64,000 nt of DNA from an uncultured Candidatus Saccharibacteria bacterium (GCA_964609075.1 CAZSQP010000003.1:36907-100906), one strand, 5' to 3'. Counted from the stretch's first letter, positions 7,449 through 19,368 are shown. Notes: generated by a model not told the origin, from the letters alone. Numbers and translations are program-made.

Positions 7449-10400
7449 TCAAAAGGGAATTATCTCTTTCCATTCTGGAGGAAAAATAACATCTCCAACA
7501 GTCAAAGGCAAGTTTATTGTACAGCTATGACCATCTGAATCTGTGGCTTTTAAGCTTAATGTATAGGCTCCTCTGTTGTTATAATCATGGATTGAGGGCG
7601 GCGTTTTATCCCCTTTGTTTACAACTGTGCCGTCTCCAAAATCCCATACATAATCGCAGTCATCACAATATCTAGAGTCGTTAGTAATCACTTCAATTTT
7701 TTCTCTTTCTTCAAGATCAATTGGACTTTCCACACAATTTGCCTGTCCATCCGTTTCCACATCACAGGAAGTAGGACCGGTTTTAATATCACTGTTCTCA
7801 TCTAAAACCTGATAAGTAAATTCCGGCCAAGGCCAAAAATCGAAGCTAAAAGGAGGATGTTCCCAGCCAGAGTCAGCACCCTCGCTATCCCAAACTTTTA
7901 CTCTCCAATAATGATTGCTATCTACTCCAAAAGGCCTTGAATCACCATCTATGGTTAATGCAGAAGATTCACCACCCGTCTCACAAGTATTAAAATCTAG
8001 AGTAACACAACTATCAATTATACAGTTTCCATTTTCGAATTCATCAAGATTACCACAAATGGATAGAGCAGAAAAATCACTATCGCTCCCCCTTTTAATT
8101 TGGACTTGATAACCAGACTGAGAATCACCGTCCGGATCATCATAATCCCAATTGAATATTGCTCCCATATGATTGTGAAAACAACAATCAACCGGTTCTA
8201 CATCAAGAGGGGTAACGTTGGGAGAATTATTTTCTGAAACAGTAATATCAATATCTGTCTCTGCGAATTTTTCATCATTCTCAATCTCGACATAAGCGCT
8301 GTAATTTCCAGAACTGACATCAGAAGAATAATTACAAACTAAGGTACAATATCCATCTTCGTTCCCATTGGCATTGCCATCGCAAGAAACACTTTCTGAA
8401 TCAACACTTGCTCCACAATCATGATTTAGGATACTAACTGCTCCATGATCACCTTGATACATATCGGAATATTTAAGATCATAGGTAACTTCCACGCTTT
8501 CATCGGAAGTTTTGGTTATCTCAACCTCGCTTTCTGAACCAAGGAAATTAACACCTGAACCTTCAGCTGAATCCAGTTCTACTTTAGAGTTTGCTATCTC
8601 CACATAGTAAGTTCTCTCTGTGCTTTCCTCGACAACCCTATTTCCTTCTGAGTTTGTAAGAGAGGTTGTCATTTCCATTGGATAATACAGACCATGGCAT
8701 TCAGTATCCGTAATCTCATTCTCCCAATAATATCCCTTACAATAACATTTTTCGTCTCCCTGACAGTCAAAATCAAAGGGCCAATAAAAATAGTGCTTCG
8801 TTTTTTCTACATTAGCAATAATTGCTTTATCAAAATAAGTGAAGCAACTTACATCGTTTTTAACTTTAATTTCCGCTTCAACCGGAGCACCTATGCTTTC
8901 TATTGTTTCTCCATCAGCCACCGTACACTCAGATGTTATTTCAACCCCTGTTAAGGAAACTGACTTGAAATTACCATCTTTTTCTCCTGAGTCAGAAACA
9001 GAAACTTCTTCGGAATTATCATCAACGGGGTTGCTTTCATACTCGTACTTATCGTGCACTTCTGGATATGCCGGATTTCCATATGAAACTCCCTCATCTG
9101 TCACTTTCGTTAAAGTACACTCTATAGGACCATCTACTGAAATAGTCATCTCTCTCTCACAATTAACTTGAGTTCCGATACAGGCAGCACTATCTAACCC
9201 ATAATACCAACCATCTGGAATAGTATGCGCATCATACCACATAGGATAAGTATAATTCAGACCAAAATATTCATCTCGATAATAATTATTAGCATTATTA
9301 CAAGCAGTTTCAAAAGCGTATTTCCCTCCTTGATAGGCATAGTAACCCTCTAGACCTGGAGGGCATTCTTCGTCATCAGCTGCTCCGCCAAGAGCGCATC
9401 TTCTAATATTAGAGTTGTTGGAAGAATAATAAACACCTGAGTCATCAAGCCCTGTATTATTCAGCCAATTTACAACAGGCGTTCTTATATAACCTGTTTT
9501 CCTTTCATAATCTCCAGAAGGATAAGAACTGTCTTTTATTACTTCTCCCGGGCTGACATTAGTTGGAGAACCGCTATCAGAAGATATCTCTGTTTCACTA
9601 GAATCTTTCCAGGCATCATGAAAAAATTTGACATACATATCCTGCTCGGTTTCTATTGGAATCCAACTTGTCGATTCTCTCTCGCCTTGATCATTCCAAG
9701 TCCAAGCTGTTTCTCCTTCCCATTGATCATACCAGTACTGACAACATTCTTGATCTCCGCCATCACATTGGAATTTAAAAGTTCCATATCCAGATTCAGG
9801 ATAAGAAGAATCTTCGTAGCTTCCTGAAGAAAGACTCATTACAAGAAATGTTGACAAAAAAGCAAAAACTAAAACAAGTGCAACCCTGTTCCATCTGCCG
9901 TCTCCTTTTTTAAACTTTCTAAAGATTAGGTACAAACCTATACCTCCTATAACTAATAATAAAATTGAAAGAACAATTTTCCACAAAAACATAGGAGGAG
10001 AAGGTATCTCTCTTTCTGAAAAATCGGAAAGGTTATAATCTATCTCTATTTCATCAATTATCTTACCTGAAATACTATATATCCTAGCGACTAGAATAAC
10101 TTCATCATATCTTTTGCCTAGTGCAAATTCTTTTGTAATTGAAATCTTATCACTGGAAATAGTACCCAAGTAGTCCATTTGGGTTAAGCCCATACCTGTT
10201 TTTTTATCTTTAAGAAAAACTAACACCCTACCGGAAAAAAGAGTAGAGGAATCGGTAATATTAGAGAAACAGGCAAACAAGGTGTTTTCTTTTCCTTCTC
10301 GAAGAGGAAAATTCTTAATTCCAGCTGAAATAAATCTAGCTCTTCCACCACCTACAGTAAATCTCGTCTCTGTCATAGATTTCTGTCCTTCTCCTTCAGC

Positions 10401-11939
10401 TTCAACTTTAATAACATAAGCGCCAGGATCCAAATTAGAGAATTGAAACTCTATAAATTGTTCTGAATCAGCTAGAGAAACATCTTTTTCTTTATGGTAT
10501 TTAGAAATTATTGAATCCTCATTTAATAAATCAAAACGGTATATATCTGCAGAAACACTAGCAGAACCTTCAGTAAGCGTACTCTTTAAGGGCAAAGAGA
10601 TTGAAACATCTCCTGGTTCAAGAATAGGGAAAAAGGTAGCTGTGTCGATTAAAAACTGATTTAGCTCTATCTTATTATTTTCGAACCAAAAACCTTCATC
10701 AGTTCCTTGAATTTCTAGGTTTATTCCCCTACCAGAAAATCCAGGAGTATAAGTACTTCCGCTTAAAGATATTTGCTTATCACTGGCAAAATATAAACCA
10801 ATATTATAATTTCCAGCCATAGCGTTTTCCGGAACAGTCCAACTAAATTCTAATTCTTTCTCCTCGCCCGGCCACAAATTAATGTCTTCAAGAGCAATAA
10901 AATCGTCTACAAAATAATTTTTTTGATGAGGTTCTTTATTTGGTCTATTCCGATAAACCTTTATATAAACCATTCCTTCAGCTACCGGATAAGAACCTTC
11001 GTTTAGAACACTTGTCTCAAAAAAGATTTTGTCACCAGCTTTTAAGTCTTTTTGAGAACCTCCTTTCACTAGAAAATTCTTAAATTTAACACCTCCTGAT
11101 TCAAAATAATCAGAACAACTACCGATCTCAGCTTCGGTTTCTCCCTCTTTTATTAAATTAACTCTGGATTCTTTGTTTAAAAACTCAAGCCCGACAAAAC
11201 CTAATAATCTATCCCAGAAACTAGAACCTACTTTTACATTCGTTCTTCCTTCTGATAAACAAGCTTCTGCTAATTCTATTTTTCCTGGAGGAGGAGAACC
11301 GGGATTACTATTAGCACAAATTCCCTCTTCAAAGTTTCGTTCTACCGCTACTGCCCCTAGACTAGTATCTGTATATTTTTTATTTTTACAATAAGAATCG
11401 CAATTTCCCGCTGGACATTGACATTCATTAGGCTCCCCCGGGGGTATACATTGACCTGGGCAGGCATCATCTTGAGTAGGTTCACATTCCTCGGGATATT
11501 CTACTATACCATCTCCACATACTGCACTAGGAGTGGGTGTAGGAGTGGGTGTAGGAGTGGGTGTGGGAGTGGGAGTGGGAGTGGGTGTCGGTGTAGATTC
11601 AGGCTCTGGAGTAGGTGTCGGTGTAGATTCAGGCTCTGGAGTAGGTGTTGGTGTAGATTCAGACTCTGGAGTAGGTGTTGGTGTAGATTCAGACTCTGGA
11701 GTAGGTGTTGGTGTAGATTCAGGCTCTGGAGTAGGTGTTGGTGTAGATTCAGGCTCTGGAGTAGGTGTTGGTGTTGCTGAAGAAGTTGGTGTAGGGGTAG
11801 GAGTAGAAGCCTGAACTATATTAACATTTCCTAATAAGGAATTATTCCCCGTTTTTAAAGTAAAAGTATTTATTAATACAAAGAGACAGAATAGAGCTAT
11901 TCCGCCCAAAAATAAATATTTTAAAAGTTTCTTTTCCAT
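7449..11939 (-). CDS. Giant (1496-aa) cell-surface protein with an N-terminal Pro/Thr linker, Cys-rich modules and two internal TM segments
   Basis: Signal peptide. [10 protein letters not shown] repeats. Many Cys clusters. Hydrophobic segments [21 protein letters not shown] and [18 protein letters not shown]. No recognised catalytic motif. Confidence 0.55.
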   Translation of the reverse strand: MEKKLLKYLFLGGIALFCLFVLINTFTLKTGNNSLLGNVNIVQASTPTPTPTSSATPTPTPEPESTPTPTPEPESTPTPTPESESTPTPTPESESTPTPTPEPESTPTPTPEPESTPTPTPTPTPTPTPTPTPTPTPSAVCGDGIVEYPEECEPTQDDACPGQCIPPGEPNECQCPAGNCDSYCKNKKYTDTSLGAVAVERNFEEGICANSNPGSPPPGKIELAEACLSEGRTNVKVGSSFWDRLLGFVGLEFLNKESRVNLIKEGETEAEIGSCSDYFESGGVKFKNFLVKGGSQKDLKAGDKIFFETSVLNEGSYPVAEGMVYIKVYRNRPNKEPHQKNYFVDDFIALEDINLWPGEEKELEFSWTVPENAMAGNYNIGLYFASDKQISLSGSTYTPGFSGRGINLEIQGTDEGFWFENNKIELNQFLIDTATFFPILEPGDVSISLPLKSTLTEGSASVSADIYRFDLLNEDSIISKYHKEKDVSLADSEQFIEFQFSNLDPGAYVIKVEAEGEGQKSMTETRFTVGGGRARFISAGIKNFPLREGKENTLFACFSNITDSSTLFSGRVLVFLKDKKTGMGLTQMDYLGTISSDKISITKEFALGKRYDEVILVARIYSISGKIIDEIEIDYNLSDFSEREIPSPPMFLWKIVLSILLLVIGGIGLYLIFRKFKKGDGRWNRVALVLVFAFLSTFLVMSLSSGSYEDSSYPESGYGTFKFQCDGGDQECCQYWYDQWEGETAWTWNDQGERESTSWIPIETEQDMYVKFFHDAWKDSSETEISSDSGSPTNVSPGEVIKDSSYPSGDYERKTGYIRTPVVNWLNNTGLDDSGVYYSSNNSNIRRCALGGAADDEECPPGLEGYYAYQGGKYAFETACNNANNYYRDEYFGLNYTYPMWYDAHTIPDGWYYGLDSAACIGTQVNCEREMTISVDGPIECTLTKVTDEGVSYGNPAYPEVHDKYEYESNPVDDNSEEVSVSDSGEKDGNFKSVSLTGVEITSECTVADGETIESIGAPVEAEIKVKNDVSCFTYFDKAIIANVEKTKHYFYWPFDFDCQGDEKCYCKGYYWENEITDTECHGLYYPMEMTTSLTNSEGNRVVEESTERTYYVEIANSKVELDSAEGSGVNFLGSESEVEITKTSDESVEVTYDLKYSDMYQGDHGAVSILNHDCGASVDSESVSCDGNANGNEDGYCTLVCNYSSDVSSGNYSAYVEIENDEKFAETDIDITVSENNSPNVTPLDVEPVDCCFHNHMGAIFNWDYDDPDGDSQSGYQVQIKRGSDSDFSALSICGNLDEFENGNCIIDSCVTLDFNTCETGGESSALTIDGDSRPFGVDSNHYWRVKVWDSEGADSGWEHPPFSFDFWPWPEFTYQVLDENSDIKTGPTSCDVETDGQANCVESPIDLEEREKIEVITNDSRYCDDCDYVWDFGDGTVVNKGDKTPPSIHDYNNRGAYTLSLKATDSDGHSCTINLPLTVGDVIFPPEWKEIIPF
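11581..11760. repeat. Tandem repeat, 30-bp unit x6, plus flanking GT-rich hexamer repeats from 11529, encoding the [10 protein letters not shown] linker
   Basis: Unit taggtgtYggtgtagattcaRRctctggag read directly from the sequence. Confidence 0.85.
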
Positions 11940-12151
11940 TTTTTTATTTAAACTTATTATAATTTATACCTTATTTAAAGTATAACACTCCCAAACAAAA
12001 CAACAAGGAAGTTTTCCACAAATTTTTTATCTTCTTAGAACAGTTTTAAAGGGCCAGCTATTGACAAAAGGTTAAAAAAATAGGAGAATAAAGACAGAAC
12101 AGTTAAGGTTCCTTCAAAATCCATTAACCTGCAATCTGAAAGGAAGACGAG

Positions 12152-13561
12152 ATGAAAAACATGCCGCTTGCCCTAGCAGTATTCCTTGTTTTTACGGCAA
12201 CCCTAAACGCGGGTCAGGTCAGGGTAGAGACACCTTCTGCGGGACCTTGCGGGTACTGCACAGTTTCCCTGCCCGAGAATTACGACCCTGAGAAACTCTG
12301 GCCAACTGTTTTCTGCTATCATGGCAGAAACGGAAGACCCACCACCTTTCCCTATGAGAAGTTCACAGACGGTAAAAACTTCGTCCTTGTCGGTGTAGAC
12401 TATTACTGGAACAGCATGGACACCAACAGCAGGATCGACAGAGATGAAGCCAACGCCAAGCAACTCGTCCAGGATCTCTCGAAAAAGTTCAGTATCCATC
12501 CCAACTATGTCTTCTTGGCTGGCAACAGCGCTGGAGGTTTCTTGGCCAGTGGAATCGCAGAAAAAGATCCTTCCCTATGGGCAGGACTAATGATTCTGGG
12601 TTCCGGACGTTACGAAAACCTCCATAAAAGACCTACTCTTCCCGGTTTTGGCTCCCAAAGACTCTTTGGCGGTTTTCACATCGCAGTCCCCAGAAAAAAG
12701 AGGACGGGACTTAACGGCATGCCTATCTATGTAGGAGCCGGCTCAAGCGATGAAAACCACAAATGGGCTAAGTGGGCAGTTTCCTATTACAAATCGAGAG
12801 GAGCCTCGGTCATTTTTGAAACCTGGTCCGGGGGCCACGGCCATTACCCCGAAACCGAAATTCTCAACAGATGGTTTGAGGAGTTCGGTCCTTTAAGAGA
12901 GGCCAAGGCAAAAACAGCTCAGGCAGAAAAAGCAGAAGAGAGAGGCGACCTGGGAGAAGCATACCAGAATTACAGGGAAGCTGCTTACATCCCGGGCGAC
13001 TACGCCTTGGTTCAGGAAGCAGGACAGACAGCAGAAGAGATCAAAAAGAAAGCTGACGATCTATTCTCTGAAGCAGAAAAAGCCTCCAAGGAAGGAAGAA
13101 AACAAGATGCTGTAAAGGCCTTGAGGAAAGCCTCTCACATCTTCCGGGGATGCGACTTTGGCCTTAAAGCCAAAAGTGCTCTAGTCCCTATCTTGAAAAA
13201 AGACAACACTAATGACACCAAGGCAAATCAACTCGAAAAAAGAGCTCGCAGCGCCGAGAGCAAGGGAGACTACCTCACAGCATTTAAGCTCTATCAGGCC
13301 TACCTGAGCCATTTCCAGAAAGCAAAGCGCTACCCTCTTGTGAGAAAGCACTTTCTGGAACTGAAAGAAGATCCCGATATTAGAAAAGCCTTGGAGAACC
13401 AGAGAGAAGAACTGATGTGCCAAAACTGGTTCAATATGGCTAAAAACTTTCTGAGAGCAGGAAAGGAGAAAAAAGCAAGAGAATATCTCCAAAAGATTCT
13501 CAATAGGGGAGAATCTAAATGGACCGATAAAGCTCGATCCATTTTGGAGAGAATCTCTTAG
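12152..13561 (+). CDS. Secreted alpha/beta-hydrolase (esterase/PHB-depolymerase-like) with a C-terminal helical-repeat region; strongly GC-rich
   Basis: Signal peptide. HG oxyanion motif (CYHGRNG). Nucleophile elbow GNSAGG. About 50% GC against a background of about 33%. Confidence 0.6.
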   Translation: MKNMPLALAVFLVFTATLNAGQVRVETPSAGPCGYCTVSLPENYDPEKLWPTVFCYHGRNGRPTTFPYEKFTDGKNFVLVGVDYYWNSMDTNSRIDRDEANAKQLVQDLSKKFSIHPNYVFLAGNSAGGFLASGIAEKDPSLWAGLMILGSGRYENLHKRPTLPGFGSQRLFGGFHIAVPRKKRTGLNGMPIYVGAGSSDENHKWAKWAVSYYKSRGASVIFETWSGGHGHYPETEILNRWFEEFGPLREAKAKTAQAEKAEERGDLGEAYQNYREAAYIPGDYALVQEAGQTAEEIKKKADDLFSEAEKASKEGRKQDAVKALRKASHIFRGCDFGLKAKSALVPILKKDNTNDTKANQLEKRARSAESKGDYLTAFKLYQAYLSHFQKAKRYPLVRKHFLELKEDPDIRKALENQREELMCQNWFNMAKNFLRAGKEKKAREYLQKILNRGESKWTDKARSILERIS

Positions 13562-13568
13562 CATTAAT

Positions 13569-13595
13569 AGGGTGACCTCGGTCACCCTCTTTTTA
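13569..13595 (+). terminator. Rho-independent terminator (AGGGTGAC-ctcg-GTCACCCT followed by CTTTTTAT)
   Basis: Perfect 8-bp GC-rich stem plus T-tract immediately after the esterase stop. Confidence 0.8.
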
Positions 13596-13635
13596 TACAT
13601 TGCCCTTAAAAAAACATTTTGTTATTATCTAAGAT

Positions 13636-15519
13636 ATGATAGCCTTTTTATTCTTCCTATTTTCAATAATTATCGGACTTTTTTTAATATATTCTTTAAG
13701 GTTAAATCTTTTTTTTGAAGAAAAGCTTACTTGGAGTTTAATTATAGGATCTTTATCCTTAACCTTCTCTTCCTTTTTGCTTTCTCTCTTTTTAGGATTT
13801 AATAGGAACGTAATTTTGATCTCTTTTCTCTTAGTTCTTACTCTGCTTTTAACCGTTCTGAGAATAAGAAAGATAGATATTAAAAACACGCTTCTAAAAG
13901 ATTTAAGAGATTTTAAAAAAAGAATAGATAATAAAAAAATAGTTCCTTTTTTAATTCTCTTTATTATCTTCTTTGCTTTCTTTTCTATTGTCTGGTCTAA
14001 AGTATTTTTTGAAACAGAAGAAGGATTATTCACTATAGCCATAGGAGGAGTTTGGGGAGACTGGGCAGCTCATAATACTTATCTCTCTCATTTCTTATAT
14101 TCAGATCAAATCTCTTTTAAAAATCCTATCTTTGTAGGAGAACCTTTTTCTTATACCTTTATGGCAGACTTCCAGTCAGCTGTTCTGATGAAACTAGGCG
14201 AAAGCAGGATTTTATCTATGATTATACCGGGCTTTTTATACTCTATTTCTTTAATAGTCCTTCTTTTTTACTTTATTCTCAAGATTACAAAAGATAAAGC
14301 TGTAAGCATTCTTTCTGTTTTTCTTTTCCTTTTCGGGAGCGGACTAGGATTCCTTTATCTTTTTAAGGAAATAGATGGAATGAATCTCTTGGAAATTATA
14401 AATCATTTAAAGAACTCTCATACAGCTTTTACTCATATAGCAGATAAAGGAATTCATTGGACAAACTTCATGCAAGCCCTTCTTTTACCTCAAAGGGCCC
14501 TAACTATAGGATTTCCTTTAGCTATAATCTGTTTTACCTCTCTCTACAAAGGAATAAAAGAAAATAGCTTCAAGCTTTTAATACTAGGAGGAGTGGCAGC
14601 TTCTTTCCTGCCCATTCTTCATATTCATTCTTTAATTGCTTTATCTATTGCTTCTTTCTTTTTAATTATTCTTCTTTCTAAAAAACCTTTTAAAAACCTG
14701 ATTGCTTTCTTTACACCTATTATAATTTTGGGCGTCTGGCAAATCTTCCTTCTTTTCCCAGGAGGAGAAAGCAGCATAACTTTCAGGCTGGGCTGGCTGG
14801 CTAAAGACCAGGGGTGGCTTTATTTCTGGTTCAGAAATTTAGGCCTGTTTCTGATTCTTTTCCCTGTAAGCTTATTTTTTGTAAAAAAAGAGCTTAAAAA
14901 AATATATCTTTCTTTCTTTTCTCTTTTTATCATTACCAATCTCTTTCTCTTTCAGCCTCACGATTATGATAATATTAAAATAACTATTTACTGGTTTTTA
15001 CTGACATCAGTTATTATTTCTGTATTTTTAGTGAAGCTTTGGAAAAAAGATATTCTTATAAAGTTCTTGATAATAATTGCTGTCTTTTTTATGACTTTTT
15101 CTACCTTTCTGGATATCGGCCACTTATGGACTAAAAAAGGATATCTCTTTATCTCCCAAAAAGATATAAAAAAAGCTGAAACAATCAGAGAAAACACAGA
15201 TCCTGATTCTGTTTTTCTGACCTCGGACGATCACAATCACTACGTTTCCTGCTTAACAGGAAGACAGGTAGTAGCAGGCTACGGAGGATGGCTTTGGACT
15301 TACGGCATAGATATTTCTCAAAGATTCGGAGAAATAGAAATTATGTTTCAAGGAAAAGAAGGAGCTAAAAAACTGCTTGAAAAATATGGGGTTGATTACG
15401 TTTTAATCGGCCCCAGCGAAAAAAATAAGTTTAAAGCTGAAGAGGATTTTTACAAAGATAATTATTCTCTTTTCTTGAATATGGAGGAAGCTAAAGTTTT
15501 TAAAATAAATGAAAATTGA
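13636..15519 (+). CDS. Polytopic membrane protein, probable GT-C-fold glycosyltransferase
   Basis: More than 12 predicted TM helices and a C-terminal soluble domain. Overlaps the downstream PMT gene by 11 nt, indicating an operon. Confidence 0.4.
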   Translation: MIAFLFFLFSIIIGLFLIYSLRLNLFFEEKLTWSLIIGSLSLTFSSFLLSLFLGFNRNVILISFLLVLTLLLTVLRIRKIDIKNTLLKDLRDFKKRIDNKKIVPFLILFIIFFAFFSIVWSKVFFETEEGLFTIAIGGVWGDWAAHNTYLSHFLYSDQISFKNPIFVGEPFSYTFMADFQSAVLMKLGESRILSMIIPGFLYSISLIVLLFYFILKITKDKAVSILSVFLFLFGSGLGFLYLFKEIDGMNLLEIINHLKNSHTAFTHIADKGIHWTNFMQALLLPQRALTIGFPLAIICFTSLYKGIKENSFKLLILGGVAASFLPILHIHSLIALSIASFFLIILLSKKPFKNLIAFFTPIIILGVWQIFLLFPGGESSITFRLGWLAKDQGWLYFWFRNLGLFLILFPVSLFFVKKELKKIYLSFFSLFIITNLFLFQPHDYDNIKITIYWFLLTSVIISVFLVKLWKKDILIKFLIIIAVFFMTFSTFLDIGHLWTKKGYLFISQKDIKKAETIRENTDPDSVFLTSDDHNHYVSCLTGRQVVAGYGGWLWTYGIDISQRFGEIEIMFQGKEGAKKLLEKYGVDYVLIGPSEKNKFKAEEDFYKDNYSLFLNMEEAKVFKINEN

Positions 15520-16870
15520 ATATTTTAAGAAAAACTGGCATTTTATCTTCCTTTCAATATCTGCTTTCTTAACCCGTTTTTTCTTTCTAGCTTATCCTTC
15601 AGAAACTGTTTTTGATGAAGTCCATTTTGGAAAATTTGCAAGTTACTACTTTAACCACCAATACTATTTTGACATCCATCCTCCTTTAGGAAAAATGCTC
15701 ATTGCGGGCTTTACAAAGATTTTCGGACTCCATCCTGAAGCTACTTTTTCTAATATAGGAGAAGGAGTAAGCAGCGGAGAAATATTTCTTTTAAGATTCC
15801 TGCCAGCTCTAACAGGAGCTTTACTTGTTATCTTAATTTATAAGTTGGTCCTTAAAATAGGGTTATCTAAAAAAGCAGCTTTTTTAGCAGGCTTTTTAAC
15901 TCTTTTTAGCTCCACTCTATCAGTCCAATCAAGATTAGTTTTAGTAGATATATTTCTTTTATTCTTTGGATTTCTTTCTCTTTACTTCTTTTTTGACTGG
16001 GAGAAAAAGAAGAAACTATATGTTCTTCTTATAGCTAGCTTTTTCGCAGCTTTGTCTTTCAGTATTAAATGGACGGGGCTTACTTTTTTTGGATTAATTT
16101 TCCTTTTCAATTTTTTAAAAATATTTAAAACCAAAAAATACAAAGATACAGCTTTTAAATTAATACTTCTATCCTTGGTTTTTGTTATAACCTATTTTGC
16201 TGTCTTCTTTGTTCATTTTAAGATTCTTTACAAGTCAGGAACAGGAGACGCTTTTATGAGTTCCTCATTTCAAAAGAGTCTAGAAGGAAATAATTTAGAA
16301 GATAATGTAAAAGCAGCCGGTTCATTTGAGAAGTTTATAGAATTGAATGAAGCTATGTACAGATATAACTCAACTCTAAAAGCCGATCACCCTTTTGCAA
16401 GTAAATGGTATCAATGGATTTTAGGAAAAGGTTCTATCTGGTATTGGTCAAAAAGCACAAATTCTAAAACAGCCAATATTTATTTAATAGCTAATCCTTT
16501 AATATGGTGGGCTGTAATAGCTGGTGTAATAACCTCTCTTATTCTTTTTTCAAGAAAAACATTCAGAAAGAAAGTACCTCTCGAGATATATATCTTTACT
16601 ACAGGTTTTTTTGTAAATATAATTCCTTTTCTAAAGATAAACAGAGTGACTTTTTTATACCACTATCTTCCTTCTTTGATCTTTGGAATACTTGTTCTTT
16701 CCGCCCTTTATAAGACAGTATTTAAGAATAAATTCTCATCCCATTACCTAATATCTTTTCTTGTTCTCGTCTTTCTAGTTTTTCTTTTGCTTCTGCCTTT
16801 AATTTACGGTTTTCCTTTAGAAAACAACATACTTCAAAAAATCTATTCTCCTATAATAGACTTCCTGTAA
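15509..16870 (+). CDS. Dolichyl-phosphate-mannose protein mannosyltransferase family (GT39/PMT-like) glycosyltransferase
   Basis: Hallmark N-terminal loop FDEVHFGKFASYY...DIHPPLGKML of the PMT family, plus a polytopic membrane topology. Confidence 0.7.
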   Translation: MKIEYFKKNWHFIFLSISAFLTRFFFLAYPSETVFDEVHFGKFASYYFNHQYYFDIHPPLGKMLIAGFTKIFGLHPEATFSNIGEGVSSGEIFLLRFLPALTGALLVILIYKLVLKIGLSKKAAFLAGFLTLFSSTLSVQSRLVLVDIFLLFFGFLSLYFFFDWEKKKKLYVLLIASFFAALSFSIKWTGLTFFGLIFLFNFLKIFKTKKYKDTAFKLILLSLVFVITYFAVFFVHFKILYKSGTGDAFMSSSFQKSLEGNNLEDNVKAAGSFEKFIELNEAMYRYNSTLKADHPFASKWYQWILGKGSIWYWSKSTNSKTANIYLIANPLIWWAVIAGVITSLILFSRKTFRKKVPLEIYIFTTGFFVNIIPFLKINRVTFLYHYLPSLIFGILVLSALYKTVFKNKFSSHYLISFLVLVFLVFLLLLPLIYGFPLENNILQKIYSPIIDFL

Positions 16871-16916
16871 AATAAAAACAGCCCCTCTAAGAAAAGGGCT
16901 GTTTTAAATCTTCCTT

Positions 16917-18524
16917 CTAATTTCCTAACAACCTGCTTATTTGAAACATCAAAGAGTTTATCATCTGACGCATAGAAGCAAGAAGTCTTTGAGAAGCAGT
17001 ATCATTATTTGCTGAGTAGGGGGTTGGACTAGGACTATAATTATATGTTGGTGTTGGTGTAGCTGTTGGAGTTGGAGTTGGAGTTGGAGTTAGTGTAGGA
17101 GTAGGAGTTGGAGTTGGAGTAGGAGTAGGTGAATAAGAATAGGTTGGAGTTGGAGTTGGAGTTGGAGTAGGAGTAGGTGAATAAGAATAGGTTGGAGTTG
17201 GAGTTGGAGTTGGAGTTGGGGTTGAAGTTGGAGTTGGAGTTGATGCAAGAACACAAGCAGCTGCTTTTATCTTTTTTTCTCCAAACCATCCCTCTTTTCT
17301 AATAACTTGTAGTTCGCACACACTTCCAGAAGGGCAATCTGTAGAGTTAGCTTCCAGAATTCTATATTTATAAGTTTTACCATCCCCCTTCTTAATTTCT
17401 TTTGGCTGGCAAAAATATTCTATTATTGCAGGATTACCTTCTCCCTGAGGACACTTATCTTGTTCTGTAATCTCTTCATACTCACCTGCAATCTCTTTCA
17501 CCCCCGTAGTTTCTCCCGCTTTTTCTAAGTTGTTTCCTCCATCAGAATCGCTACAAGCTGGTGGTTCAGCTAAGCATCTTCCATTCTCACATCTGTTCAA
17601 AGGAGGAGGGCATTCTTCTATTACCATTGATGCCTCTTTCATATCGCGACTAACCCCAAATTTTCCCAAAAGGCCCCCCTTCGGCATTTTAAATCCAGTC
17701 TTTTCACAATATCCTTCTTCTACTTCAGTTTTAGAATGACATTTATCACTAACATGTTTCCATTCGCTTTCATCGGTAGGATTGTAGGGACTCCAACTAG
17801 TAGTCTCTCCTTTTTTCTTTATATCATGTCCATCGTTCTTCGGCCCATCTGAATCATAACAATTGGTTTCAGCCCCTGCTACTCCTTTTAAACCACCTCC
17901 TGCCTTTGAAATTCCCTCTCTCACTGCTGACTTTAATTCCTCGGAAGAAAGTTCAATTGTTTGTTTGCCTCCCACGGCCTCTGTCGCCGATGCTAGAAAC
18001 TCATTAGCCATACTTACAATTTCTCCTTCAAATCTTCCGTCAACAGGCAACCCTGCTTCTTCTTGAAGTTTCCTCGTCGCTGCAGAAGTCTTAGATAAAA
18101 AATAAAGGGTCTCCTCATTAAGAGAGCCAGCGCCACTAGAAGCAACTTGGGTTTCTGGAGTAAAGTTAAGTATGCTTTGCCAACAAGCAACATCCTCGCC
18201 TATACTTCCATAGGTCAATGATCTCTCAAATCCACCTTCTTCAACAACTGGCCCACAAAGGATAGCCCACCTTATAAAATGATCTATAGTAGGAGCCTCA
18301 GATGAATAATAAATTGGAGGAGTTACCTCTGGACTAGAACCCGAAACTAATGGGGTAGGAGTTGGAGCCGATCCTTCTTTTTCCTTAATCCCGCTAATTA
18401 AAGATTTAAGCTCCTCTACCTTAGCCCAAAGACTGTTTAAAGATACCGCTTCAACCTGAAACGTAAACCCGAGAATAAAAACTCCTAAAAAAATGATTAG
18501 AAATATTTTGGAATATGGTTTCAT
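16917..18524 (-). CDS. Secreted Cys-rich protein with a C-terminal Pro/Thr (TPTPTP...YSYSPTPTP) repeat region
   Basis: Signal peptide [26 protein letters not shown]; PT repeats. Confidence 0.5.
   Translation of the reverse strand: MKPYSKIFLIIFLGVFILGFTFQVEAVSLNSLWAKVEELKSLISGIKEKEGSAPTPTPLVSGSSPEVTPPIYYSSEAPTIDHFIRWAILCGPVVEEGGFERSLTYGSIGEDVACWQSILNFTPETQVASSGAGSLNEETLYFLSKTSAATRKLQEEAGLPVDGRFEGEIVSMANEFLASATEAVGGKQTIELSSEELKSAVREGISKAGGGLKGVAGAETNCYDSDGPKNDGHDIKKKGETTSWSPYNPTDESEWKHVSDKCHSKTEVEEGYCEKTGFKMPKGGLLGKFGVSRDMKEASMVIEECPPPLNRCENGRCLAEPPACSDSDGGNNLEKAGETTGVKEIAGEYEEITEQDKCPQGEGNPAIIEYFCQPKEIKKGDGKTYKYRILEANSTDCPSGSVCELQVIRKEGWFGEKKIKAAACVLASTPTPTSTPTPTPTPTPTYSYSPTPTPTPTPTPTYSYSPTPTPTPTPTPTLTPTPTPTPTATPTPTYNYSPSPTPYSANNDTASQRLLASMRQMINSLMFQISRLLGN
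17041..17262. repeat. Tandem hexamer (gttgga) repeats with an embedded roughly 54-bp duplicated unit, encoding the PT/YSYS linker
   Basis: Read directly from the sequence. Confidence 0.85.
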
Positions 18525-18654
18525 AATTTTATATTAACTTTATCTTATTATATTCTACCTTTTATGTTAATAAAGTGTCAAAAAAAATGTGGAAAACTTG
18601 TTAAAATACTCTTAAAAAATAGACAAAATAAACTTATTCTAGTAGAATTAAGAT

Positions 18655-19368
18655 ATGAGCGGACATTCACATTGGAGTTCAATCAAACATCAAAAAGGGA
18701 GAGAAGACGCTAAAAGAAGCAAGGCCTTCTCTAAAATATCCCGCTTAATCTCTGTAGCTGCCAGAGAAGGAGGGGGAGATCCTGAGAAAAACCCAAAATT
18801 AAGGCAAGCTTTAGACAAAGCCAAGGATTTTAATATGCCCAAAGATAATATTGAAAGGGCTGTCAAAAGAGGAACCGGAGAAATAGAGGGGGGAAGACTG
18901 GAAAATGTAACTTATGAAGCTTACGGTCCGGGAGGAATAGCTGTAATAATAGAAGGAATAACAGATAATAAGAACAGAACGCTAGAAGAGATAAAACAGA
19001 TTCTTAACCAGAATAAAGGAAAGCTGGCAGACGAAGGGTCTGTTAGATGGCTTTTTGAAAGAAAAGGGGTTATTACTATAGACCCCCAAGAAAAAGACAA
19101 AGAAGAGATAGAACTCTCTGCTATAGACTCGGGAGCGGAAGATATATATGCTGTAGACAACTTAATCGATATTTATACAAAACCTGATGAACTAGATAAG
19201 GTAAAAACTAATTTAGAAGGGAAAGAAATAAAGATAAAGTCCGCTTCTTTAGACTGGGTTCCAAAAGAAGAAATAGAAACAGAGAAAAAAGAAGCCTGCC
19301 AGAAGCTTTTTGAACAATTAGACGAAAACGATTCTGTCCAGGATATTTATTCTAATTTAAAATCATGA
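18655..19368 (+). CDS. yebC: YebC/PmpR-family transcriptional regulator
   Basis: MSGHSHWSSIKHQKG... with full-length YebC architecture; overlaps ruvC by 4 nt. Confidence 0.85.
   Translation: MSGHSHWSSIKHQKGREDAKRSKAFSKISRLISVAAREGGGDPEKNPKLRQALDKAKDFNMPKDNIERAVKRGTGEIEGGRLENVTYEAYGPGGIAVIIEGITDNKNRTLEEIKQILNQNKGKLADEGSVRWLFERKGVITIDPQEKDKEEIELSAIDSGAEDIYAVDNLIDIYTKPDELDKVKTNLEGKEIKIKSASLDWVPKEEIETEKKEACQKLFEQLDENDSVQDIYSNLKS

Noticed and set aside
11533-11790. Possible CRISPR array (regular direct repeats)
   Set aside because: The repeats are contiguous with no unique spacers, and they lie inside a long ORF where they encode a [10 protein letters not shown] linker. The same applies to 17041-17262 and 47997-48164.
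11418-11814. ORFs 11418-11780 and 11533-11814 (+ strand; WSRC and GVGV low-complexity proteins)
   Set aside because: These are antisense translations of the PT-repeat DNA inside the 7449-11939 gene; artefacts of the repeat.
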